NCBI GenBank assembly: GCA_002633005.1
Contig: NMRA01000781.1
Span: 7,469-42,620, forward strand
Reading direction: 5' to 3'
Origin: Phoronis australis
Lineage: Eukaryota; Animalia; Phoronida
Length of the DNA: 35,152 nucleotides
Both the position numbers and the translations under genes were made by a program. Shown here in pieces: positions 11,560 to 23,000 of this stretch. The first letter of the stretch is position 1, and each line of letters opens with the position of its first letter. The notes beneath the pieces were generated by a model. The model saw only the letters and a list, made by a program, of their open reading frames with translations, did not search any database and had not been told where the DNA came from.

Positions 11560-12584
11560 AAATCGCATGAAAGACGTACGGAAAATTTGTACATCCGTCA
11601 CATATGTCTGTCACACCCATGAAATTACAATTTTTCAGTCAATAAAAATAAACTTAGGTCTTATTTTCACTTTCTGAACTTGCAGAAGACAAAATTCGTC
11701 TTACACCCAAGAACCAAAATAAGTAAATATTATAAAAACAGTTACGAAATTAAATAAAGAAGTTGCTATGGATTTAAAGAAGATGAATTAGACTTTAGTG
11801 TCATCTAGTTATTGTTAGTAGAATTAAACTTGTTAAAATTGGACAGTTGGACCACATTAAAAATGTTAATAAAACAAAATATTCATTTAATGCCCTTATT
11901 GTTTTTGTCACTGCCCTGTGTTTGTAAAGATGTCAATTTTTGAAAATTTGCAGAAGCAAAAACTGTCCTAAAAGAATACATGTCAAGTTGCTGTTCTGCT
12001 AACATCAGCATGTTGTTTCCGCTCTGACCCACTGTGCTATGTTATGTGTTGGAAAAGTCGATGATCGGCATAGTTAAATGGTAGCAACCTGTGACCTACT
12101 TTATTTAGGGTTTTTGTTACACCTTCACTGACTGTAGTCACTCTTGTGTTTTTCAATGTCTTGGTTGGCTTGTGTGAAGTGATTTCATGTAGCAAATGAT
12201 GACATAAATGTCTCATTTTACGTATTTTTGGCGAAACAAGTGCCTTGATCTCACTATCTTTTTAAGAAAAGTTAATTTTATCTATTGAGCTTTGAAAAAG
12301 ATTGAACCAGCATTTAGAAACGAAAGAGGGAATATTTGGAGACCAGGGGAAGAACAGATGCGATTGGGTGAGGAACAAATATCTTTTTTCAAAAAATCAA
12401 ATTTTTTGTGTACGTCCGTCACCCCTTTCAAGGCAATCTTCTGTCAGATAAAAAGATAGGAGAAAGTTAATACATGGTTTGAAACTGAGACCTGACAATT
12501 AGTGTATTATTTTCCTAGGATGAATTTTTTCACAATTGACCAAAGTGGTATCTGATTGTACATCTGTCACAAATGGAATTGCCC
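11560..12584. mobile_element. Probable DNA transposon end fragment, family unassigned
   Basis: The motif gtac(a/g)tc(c/t)gtcac recurs at ~11589, ~12409 and ~12558, ending in terminus-like TGGAATTGCCC at 12584; no partner end found. Confidence 0.3.
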
Positions 12585-13165
12585 ACCTGTCAAATACAAT
12601 TCCAAAACTCGCTTTCCAAATAGCCATATTTGCTTAAAACTTGATTAGCTGCTAACTTAAGCAGTTTTGGGGCTAAAGAGAGCCCTGTGTTTTTGGATGT
12701 TATGCCTGAACTCATAAAATTACGTGCAGTTGTGCTCAGCAAAATACTATTAGGTTGTATGATAGGCAGTTCTTGAAAGTGACATTTTAACAGTAAGATT
12801 GACATTGTCGGTCTCGCAGATATTTGCGAAAATACATTCACATCAGAAAAATCTCAAGTATTTGTGATGAAAATACTCCAAACAACTGTTAAAGTGTGGT
12901 CTGAGATAAATTTTGTGTTATTCTATTCAGCTTCATTTTGTTCATTCAGTATAGAGCTGGCCAAAGTTCTATGTCTGAATAAAACATGAGGTAACCCAAA
13001 GGGCATCATTTAATGAAAACACCAGTCTGGTGCAGTGGATTTATGTGACCTGGTCCCTGGAGACTTTACATAATTCATAGCTCTGAACATATCCCATGAT
13101 ATCTTTTTTTAGTAAATGGTCCACATTCCCAAAAGTTCAAGCCCTCACATTTTTAGGTTGAGTGT

Positions 13166-13289
13166 GTGCATGCTTCTGGGTGCGTGCATGCTTCTGGGTG
13201 CGTGCATGCTTCTGGGTGCGTGCATGCTTCTGGGTGCATGCATGCTTCTGGGTGCATGCATGCTTCTGGGTGCGGGCATGCTTTTGGGT
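13166..13289. repeat. Minisatellite, 18-bp unit GTGCATGCTTCTGGGTGC x ~7
   Basis: Read directly; explains the CMLLGA and TQKHAR repeat ORFs. Confidence 0.95.
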
Positions 13290-13860
13290 CAAATTTGTCA
13301 AGCAAAGAACAGTATAAATTGCGCAGTCACAAATAATTTCCCAGTGTGACGAATTTCTTTGAGCCAACACTGCAGCTTGCTTACCAACAGTGAACGGAGA
13401 AATTTTGTTGGCATTACTGTGGCCAAGTTAGTAAATGTTTTGTCCTAAGCTAGTAGCTAGCAGAGCAGCAGTGAGTAGACATTGGGTTATGTGCCTGGAT
13501 GGACATTGTCATGACAACATCAGACTGGCCGTTTGGAATTTTCAATGCTTTGGTATTCTGGCATGGAATGAACAAAGAGCTGTTTGATAAAAAGTGACTT
13601 ATGAAGTCTCACAGATTTTGTCACATAATTTCTGCACTATCTTAGTTTGGTTAATAAGTTATAAATTATATGAATAGTTTGCCCTGTGAGCCTTCTTAGT
13701 TTAGAAATGGTTGTTTGAAATATAAATAAGATAAAATTTCTGACGTAATTTTTAAGTCACTTTTCTTGAAATAAGCCCTAAGGTCTGTGTGTGATAATCC
13801 ATTATTACATAATAGTTAAGTCTTCTACTTTCTTACAGATCTTTGAGTATCCGCTGCACC

Positions 13861-14003
13861 ATGCAATACGATGAGATCCTTAAAACCTTGGGAGAGTTTG
13901 GCCGCTACCAACAGATCCAGTACTTTCTTCTCTGCCTCATATCCATCGTGTCTGCTTTCCACTCGCTCAACATGGTGTTTGTTGGAGCCACTCCAGAACA
14001 TTG
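13861..14003 (+). CDS. SLC22: SLC22 coding exon 1: [47 protein letters not shown](W)
   Basis: ATG in cacc-ATG context; typical SLC22 N-terminus and TM1; donor tg|gtatgt in phase 2. An acceptor-like ttctactttcttacag ending at 13838 implies an upstream non-coding exon. Confidence 0.92.
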
Positions 14004-17000
14004 GTATGTATTGTAACATCCAACGTGGTGTTTGTTGGTGCTACACCAGAGTAGTGATACGTCTTGTACCAGAACACTGGTGTGTATCGTAATACGTACC
14101 AACCAGGGCTCGACGCTATTAAAATCGTCAGGTTGCATTTTGAGACCGAGCCAAAATCCCAGGTCGCAGTTTCAAAATCCAGCTCACATTCATAAATGCC
14201 AGGTTGCAAAATTTTTCTGCCGTTTTACGTGCCAAAACTGATTCTTTAGATCATAATGAAATGTTTAGGTTATGCTCTTAACTGCAGCGTTAAATACTCA
14301 CAAATTTCAGTTTGTGAAATTGAGTTTGTTCATGCAGGTACGGCGTTACTGTTCTTCACATCTGCCATTGAAAGGCTAGTTGCTGACGTGAAAGTTGAAT
14401 CAGTGCTCTCTAACTGACATGTGCATTCGAGTAGCTAAAAGGGAGAAAATGCCTGTTGAAAAAGTATCAGCGATTTTGCTAGGTCTGGCCTGCTAAATGG
14501 CTGTCTCAAAGTCGTTAAAGATCCAAACTAACTCAGAGTGCAAACTCTCTCTAGTTTTTCGCAGTCCAAATTTGCAACCTGACTCGACATTTGAAAAACA
14601 TCTGTAGAAAAATATCCATGCTATGAACATTCCCACTAAATAAAATTGGTTCTAACCCCGGTGGTTGAGGTAAACGGCGGGGTATGGAAAATTGAACTAG
14701 ACCGTATTTATCCACCTTGGCTGAGTCGCACTCGGCTCACGATCAAAGGGATGCCGCCAGGCTGCTCTAGTCATCGAGTCAGGGAGGATAATTGGCTTCG
14801 CTCATGCGGATATGATCAGCTGATTACAATCTAGCTAGCAGACTGTACTTTTTATGGTGAGAGTTTTACGTAGTTTTTACTGTAATATTTGAAAAGAGGA
14901 GCGAAAACAAATAAGAGTACAACTTTGAATTTTTCAAATCGGCCCAGGATAAGAGATTTTGCAACACAGCAACACTCACGATTACTTTCATTCGGCACGC
15001 ACTAATACAAAAATATAGGACCCAAGTTATTTAGATTTAGGAACACATGCATTGCAATATTCAAAATACTTTTATTATGAATCTTACAAGCTGTAAAACG
15101 ACGTTGTTAATTTCATTGTGTTCATTCATTGTCATCCGTCAAATCGGCAATTTCCGAGATGTGATCTGCGGCGTGCGCGTATGTGTACAAAACACGTGAT
15201 TGTTATGTNNNNNNNNNNNNNNNNNNNNNNNNNNNNNNNNNNNNNNNNNNNNNNNNNNNNNNNNNNNNNNNNNNNNNNNNNNNNNNNNNNNNNNNNTAAA
15301 TTTTATGAATCCTAGCTTCCGATTTTACCCGTTTGGGAAACCGGCTTTCAACTGCCGTAGGCTACAATAAGAATCCCCTCCCCGTGAAATGATTTTTTCT
15401 AAGCGTTTATTAGAGCCAATACAGTATACAGCTTTCCACCAAGGCTAGGTGATACTACGACATTATTCTTTGTTGCATTAGTAACTGGTCTTGGCTAATA
15501 TTATCATTTTATGGCCTGGTCATCCATTCAGCCAAAAGTAGTTCCAGAGGTGGCTTATCAGCCAATTATTCACGCATGCTGACTCACAATAGAAGCCTGA
15601 TAAGAGTGAAGGTGGATAAATGTGGTGTTCCTACAGTTTCTTGTTTTAGTGGATGTGTTCACGACATGCCATGAAATGTTGCTCGAACCGAATGACGGGT
15701 ATTTGGATGCGCGGGAACAATTCAGTGCAAATTTCACAACAAAAATGTGGGACTTATGCTGTTTACGTACTCAACAATTAGTTTTCCATAAAGTGAACAG
15801 CCTCGAAATAATTTCCGACTCTGTGCGGGTTTCCATCAGGTAATTCGAGTTTGCTCCTCAATACCTTCCATGTACGGGAAAAATAGGTCAGCCACAAAAA
15901 GACAGGCATGTTACTAATGTTAACTTTCTTTTGGAGATATAAAACAAAACCGGGGTTCAGTTTTTGCATATTGAGAAAAGACGTTTTATGAAAACTGAAT
16001 TTCTTAATGTGTAAAATGAGAGTGACTCACTATATAGACTGCGTGTCATTTCAAACCACGCACGGTTGTTGTGCGCTATGATGGGTGACAGCCTGAACTG
16101 TGGGCGCTCATTTTGAAATCCGCGAAAGTTGAGGGAAACGCTTATTAGAGCAGTGAGCACTTATTATGAAATACCTCAAAGGTGGGAGTGGGCGCATGCG
16201 TGAGCATAGTCGTTAACTTGAGTGTTTGCGGTAATAAGATATTGAAAGACTGCAATGGTAAGAAACTTTATCATAATATGATTTTGCGAGGCAAACTCCA
16301 TCTAGTAGGGGTGACTTTCTGGGTATAGTTACCACCTACACTGTACCCTTTTTAGCCACCCGGAATAATTTTGTTTATAATTACCCACTTCAGCTGGAAC
16401 AAGATTGTTTCTATTGGAGTCTGAACATTTTACATCGACAGTGGTGCGGGGAGCAAAAAATTACCGAGGGGACATATGAAGAGAAGAAAATAAGTTCGCT
16501 TACCACTATTTCACATTTACTCGTTTAGTTGCAATAGCTGGCTATGGGCATAGAATATCGGGTTAAAGGAACATCGACCGCGGGAAACATCGGAACAGGA
16601 AAATATCAGTTCTGGTTTTGTATCGGTCCCGGGGAATATCATAAAGCTTCGGGTCTTTTATACCTGCTGGGAGTTTATTTTCAAATGAACCACTCAGCTT
16701 CCGGCTGCTTAACAGAGCCAAAATGTCGGTATACTCATTCAATTAGGACTGTTGCTGTTCTCTTTTGATGTACAGCTTTGGAGTGGTGTGCACGTGTGAG
16801 TTCATGCACTTGAATCACTTGAGTAGCTTTACGTTGGCAACAACGTGTGAAAAAAAATCATATTTCGCGCATGTAGTCCCAGAAACAAATAAAGGGGTTT
16901 GATAATTTCGTGGCAACTTAAAAACTACTTTGCTGAAAGTAAAGACGTGGCCGTCATTTGGCGATTAACACGGTTGTCATTTTCACCTTTGCTGTCTTAT

Positions 17001-20000
17001 ACGATAAAAACAAGACGCACATTTCTAAGTCATGATTGGCTGACGAGGACAACTTGCGCAAACAACGGGACCGACCACTGCGGCAGTGCGATATCAGGGA
17101 TATAGTCGTGGATATTTGTAACATGTAATAAGGACATCTTATGCAAAAATAAACATGTTTTTCCACCAAAAACTTTAGTAAGTTGATCGCTTAAGAATTA
17201 GTGGAAACACTGCTGTTTTGTGACGTTTTATCACTTGTTATACCGTGTCCCAAAACTTTCTTCGGCGAATCCGAAAATTTGCAAAAGTACCCGAAAATAT
17301 TAGTCAATGGAATGCATCAAAGATCGATTCTGCATTATCCCATGTTCACGTGACGTGCTACAAGTTATCGGGAGGGCTGTTCTCAGTGTTCTTTTGAACT
17401 TGATTTGGCAAGAACCAAAATGGTTGGATTCACAAGAGTTGCTTTAGATTTGCCAGGTATCTGCCGAGAATTGTAAAAACTCAGCTCGCATACATCAGAT
17501 ATTCCAGATCGCATTTTGTGATTTGATACGAGCTGACAAAAATCTCAGCTCGCATTTCCAAATTTTAGGTTGCAAATGCGACCTGCAGCTCGTGTCGAGC
17601 CCTGCCAACATGGGTATGCATAGTAACATCCAACTTGGTGTTTGTTCCACAATAGAGCAGTGATATGTCTTGTACCAGAACACTGGTTTGTATTGTAATA
17701 TGTACCAACATGGGTATGCAACGTAGTGTTTGTTGGTGACTCACCTGAAGACTGATGTGTCTCTTGCTACTAGTTGCCTAATTCTAGGCTCCTGCACGCA
17801 GGCGGCTTAATGCATGCTGAAAATACAATCAAGTCTTGATTATTATTTGGAAAGCCAAGTGAAACTTTAATGTGTTGTAACCCATCAGACATGAAAATGG
17901 AATTCACAATATCAGCGAATAAGTGTGTTGAGCGCCAAGACCAGTCTTTGTTGCTAAGTTACTCGCTTGACATCATTTCTATGACCAAATCATGAACCAG
18001 AATAGATCTTGTCTAGTCTTGTCTATGGTACCAGGATTTTCAGATAGTATACTCCAAGCTCGGGTGTGTATTCGGAAAATGGCATGTGTACCTTTCTAGT
18101 ACCCCAAATATTAGCCCGGGCTTTTACTCTTTTCTGTCATTGACAGAAACAAAAACAGGTGCAAGATTTTCTTTGGAAAGTGCTCCTTTTACAACCTTTA
18201 TGTTGTAGATGTCTATAATATTTCCAAAACTGTATTTAACTTTCAATATTTTGCTGTCGATGGCATTCCATCTCAAAAAAGTGAGCCTTTTTTCGACAAA
18301 TAATTTCTCAGCAATTGACCAACTGAATTTGTTCAAATTTTCACAATGTATCTTCAGGGTGCCATGAACAAGTCTGTAAAATATCTCAAGAAAAATATAA
18401 AAAATTATGGAAGGACTGTGAAATTCCAAACAGCGGGATGAAAATGCAGTGTCACTTTGACTTTCATGGTATTCATGCTGTGCTAGCATCTGTCAGTCAA
18501 AAAAATGCCTGCCTGGGTTTTAAGTCTACTGTTTTTTATTGTGAGATCTATGTCCAAATCAGTTCTGTTCAATATTCTGGTTTGTAAGGATGCCTTTGAG
18601 TGAAAGTGTTCAATTTACAATTGAACCCTGTTTCAAGGAGTTGTTGATAAAATATGCAACACATGGTGTGTTGCATGTAAAAGTGGCAGTGGGAACCCCA
18701 AGACTGCATGTTTGAAAGAAAACGAGGATCGTGTTGAGGAACTTATTCAATCCTAGGAGGACAAGCTGGGGAATCACAAATCTCTGAGAGAAGTTGCAAG
18801 AGATTTACAAGTGAGCAAGTCTTCTGTGCAAAGAATGGGGACAGAAACTGGAGTTAAAACCTTCAAAAGAATGTGGGTATTATGGAGAGGTCAAAATATT
18901 AGAAAGTAGAGAAAAACTTGATGCCGCTACTTGCATGGCCGCTATAGCCACTGATGTGAAAAGAATCATTTTCACTGATGAAAAAGACTACTCTAGAAAT
19001 CTCTTAAAATTGCCAAAACTTTCGTGTTTATGGGGGATAAAAACACGAAGAAATTCAGCCTTCTCGACTATCATGAGATTTCGAGATTTTCCAAAAAGGT
19101 AATGGTTTCTGCTAGAGTATCGTGGGAAGGAGAAACAAGTATTCATTTTATTGACACTGAAAGAGCCAAACTTAACAGTCATCGCTACATGCAGTTATTG
19201 AATGAAAATCTCCCGGATTGCAGGTGACTTTATCCTGGAAACAATTACGTGTTTCAACAAGATGGGGCTCCCTAACACAACGGGCCCATCTAGAGGAGGC
19301 CACACCAAAATTCATCAAAAAGGATGAATGGCCTCCGCTCAGTCTTGACTGCAGTCCAATGGACTATGCCATATGGAACTCTGAAGGAGAAATTTTACTG
19401 GGGAATGAGAGTCAAATTGACTGAGCAGGAGTTAAAAGACAACATAATTATGTCATGGGAAGAAATCTTGATGGAAGAAATACGGAAAAATATTTCTGGT
19501 TGGAAGAAACAGCTCCGTGTAATCGTGGAGGAAGATGAAGGCCACATTGAGCATAGACTGAAATAAGTGAGCTACCTTCCCTTTGATACTGTATTTTTTG
19601 ACCTGATGTTTTTAATTTGACAGTACTTGCACACATCTCTTTGATATGTTGTAGATTTGTTGATGATGTCCTTAGGTTCATCTGTAAGAAATTGAAAAAA
19701 CATCTGTTTATCTTTTGCTTAAATTTACAGTAAAATCTAGCATGGTAGTTATTGGCGCCACACCAGGACCTGGGTGAGCCTGTGTATGGAAAGTTCCGGT
19801 AAAATCCAAGTTGATAGTTATTTGCGCCACACCAGGACCTGGAGGAGCCTGTGTTCGGAAAGTTCTGGTAAAATCCAGCATGGTAGTTGTTGGCACCACA
19901 CCAGAACCTGGAGTCAATCTATTTTTACTCAATATGGAGCTCAACACTTGACATTTTCTTCAGATACGAACTCAATTTGTGCTCCAGCATATGGACTATA

Positions 20001-23000
20001 CAAATGATCGAGTGTCGGCCTATAGCCCAAGTTCGGACCTATTGACCCCTAGATTCGAGCTACAAACTTAAGTGAGATCTTGAGATTGTGTGAGATGAGA
20101 CGTATAAGCTAGAATATTGGTGTATAGTAACATGCAACATGTTGTTAGTTGGTGCTGTATGACTGTTGCTCATTATGGTGGCATATCTGAAAACTGGCAT
20201 GTGTACGTAACATACATAACATTCAGTATGATATGTGCATCACAGTACTACCTTAAATGAATCATGTTACTTTTGTCCTCACCACAGGTGTACCAATCAT
20301 GTTACTGTTGTCCTCAACACAGGTGCACTATTCGTAACTCCACAGACATAAAGGACAAGTTTGATGGCAGTTTGTCAAGGGAACAGTTACTCAATGTCAC
20401 AACACCATGGAAACAGAGCAAGGGTGGTGATTGGTCGCGGGATGGCTGCAAAGCTTACAACATCAGTGCCTTACTGAACAGTATGGAGACGTATAACTAC
20501 TCTGTTTGGTTCAAGGATAGAGAAAATCAGAATGACTCTGCTACTAGTTGTGGTTCCTGGGAATACAGTCAAGATGTCTTCCATCACACTATTGTCACAC
20601 AGGTAACAGTTGTGTTCATCGCGTTTTTTATTTTGGCACCATCAAATTACTTTTTTCATACTTTGCAGTTTGGTGTTTGTTGTTTTGCTAATAAACTCTT
20701 TTGCAAGAAAGGACAACACCAGTTGAGTGTTGTGTTGTGTATGTACTCCTGCTTGTGCTGTAAAATTTGGCTCCATCCTTAGTTACTTATCCGTCTTCAA
20801 AGGACTTGTCAACATGCTGTAAAAACTGCACTATCATGCAGCCCCTAAAAGTCCAGATCGTCATTGTGGGCTCGCCATTCTGGGCTCAGATATTTGTAAT
20901 ATACATGGGGCAATAAAACAAATCATTGCTCACATACCTATGCAGTAAATTTGGCCATTGTGCACACAGTAGTTCCTTGTTTTTCTAAACAAATTATTCC
21001 ACCTCAGCAGTTCACCTCAGCCCTTAAGAATTGATTATAGGTTAATTGCTACAGTATTGTGGATTTTAGTGTTAGCCTAGTTTCTGATGTCTGTAAATGG
21101 ATACGAACATATCAAGTGCTAATTAGATCCTTGATGTCCAGAATTTTTTTTACTTGTTAATGGTTTAAACATTCTTTGTGACAACTGAAAGCAATGGAAA
21201 TTGTTATATTTAGAATTTTACAATCTATTCAGTAGATTTGATTTTTAGACAAACTAAGATCAAGGAAAATGAGAATTGTAATTTCAATATGACTTAATTT
21301 AGTTTTAACTGTTGTTGAACCTGTTGTGCTCTATCACTTATTGTACATGGCTCAAAAGTATCTTTAAATTTGAAATTAAAAATTCAATTTTTCGTTTAAG
21401 GTTGTCTCAAACCTTATTTAGTGACCTCCATTTTAACTCGTATATAAAAAATAAGCTGTGTCAACCACTAAAAGTATATATTTTCTGAAAGAAAAATGAC
21501 CAGGGAATATAAAAATATGTTTTGTATTTATGTACCATTGTTATTCAAGGCTTGGAATTTTCCATGGAAACGCGGATTTCCATGAAAACGCGGATTTCCG
21601 CTTGTTTCCCTTATTCCCTCCATACATTAATATATTTCGGCTGAAAAAAATCTGATTTGCCATAAAGTTTCTGCAGCAAATTGGTTTCTAACTGTGGCGT
21701 TGCCGACGACTCGAAAAGCAGAAACTGTTCTTTATGTTTTTGAGGAACGAAAGTTGTAATTGCCGGGGCACCTGGGAAAGCGTGGTTCATCAATGGCGTT
21801 GGCATATGGTACCATACTTGACCGGGTTACCGCCCATGCTCGGCTTACCGCCCAACCCCAAAATTTTCAATTTTTCGTTTTTAAGCGCCCATGCTTGGCT
21901 TACCGCCCACCCCCAATTTTTTATGATCGAGGCCTCCTTAAAAGTGTGTGTGTGCTTTTGTGAACGTTTGTGTCGCAAAACTAAGATTCCAAAACGTGCG
22001 CAACTCACTTACCTTTCAATAAAAATCAATCAGTTTTAGCGGAACCGGGAACTTGCCTTACTATGGCGGTAAAATACCTGTATTCTCATGCTCCTTACTG
22101 AAGGAGACTCAATTGTTTCATTTGGTTCACGTGCGGAACTCGTGTCAGCATGTACTGATCACTGAGACAGCAGTTGTCGAATGTATTTCATTGCCGTGGA
22201 AGAACCAGCAAAATGGTACTTGACAAGAATTTCAAGTCCATGGTCTACCTTTCTGGATTCCCCGTGACAGTACACGAAACATCACCACCCTGAGCAATGA
22301 AATAAAAAAAATGAGCACACTCGGGTGGTACATGACCAACGATTTTGGAAACTCCACCGACATTATTTTGGATGCATTGTTTTGAATACAAGCAGATACG
22401 GGCCATTGTTCCGTGTCTTTGTTAAATGCATGTTTTAATGACGCACTCCTGTCACTAAAATGGAAGCGTGGTCAAAAACTTATTTTTTGAACTGCTCTCG
22501 CTGCTCTTGAGTTTTTATACACTAGCTATTAAAATACTATTGGCTTAACAGAAAGTTAGTTGCTAACATACACAAAATTAATGTTCACTCAATTCAAATT
22601 TATGCACCACATGGTCACTTGATATGAGGTATAACATCATGGAGTGTCACACACTTGATATGAGGTATAATATCATGGAGTGTCACGCACTAAAACATGT
22701 CAGTGCATCACACCTGTCTGCTCAGATTTCACCATAGATTGTGATGGCTGTTAAAGGTTGGCACAGGATTTGTTTCTCTACTCTTTTGATAAACTTCATA
22801 AACTAAGCAGTTCTGTTACTACACTTATTACATCTATTCATTTACCTCTTTCTCCAGAATTACTACCTCCTTTGATAAAGGTACTAACTATCAATAGAGA
22901 TATTATCTGTATTGATATACTATAATTATTTTCATAAAGATATCAAGTCCATCAATAAAATTTAGAGTAACCACGTTTATTGGCTAGACTTATTATTTGT

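Noticed and set aside
15669-17100. Transposase gene inside the hAT-like element
   Set aside because: Only short ORFs with no clear hAT catalytic or dimerisation motifs.
19261-19370. Exact DDxD spacing for the Tc1/mariner transposase
   Set aside because: A frameshifting deletion between QQDG and PMDY prevents counting, so only a D-ending triad is claimed.
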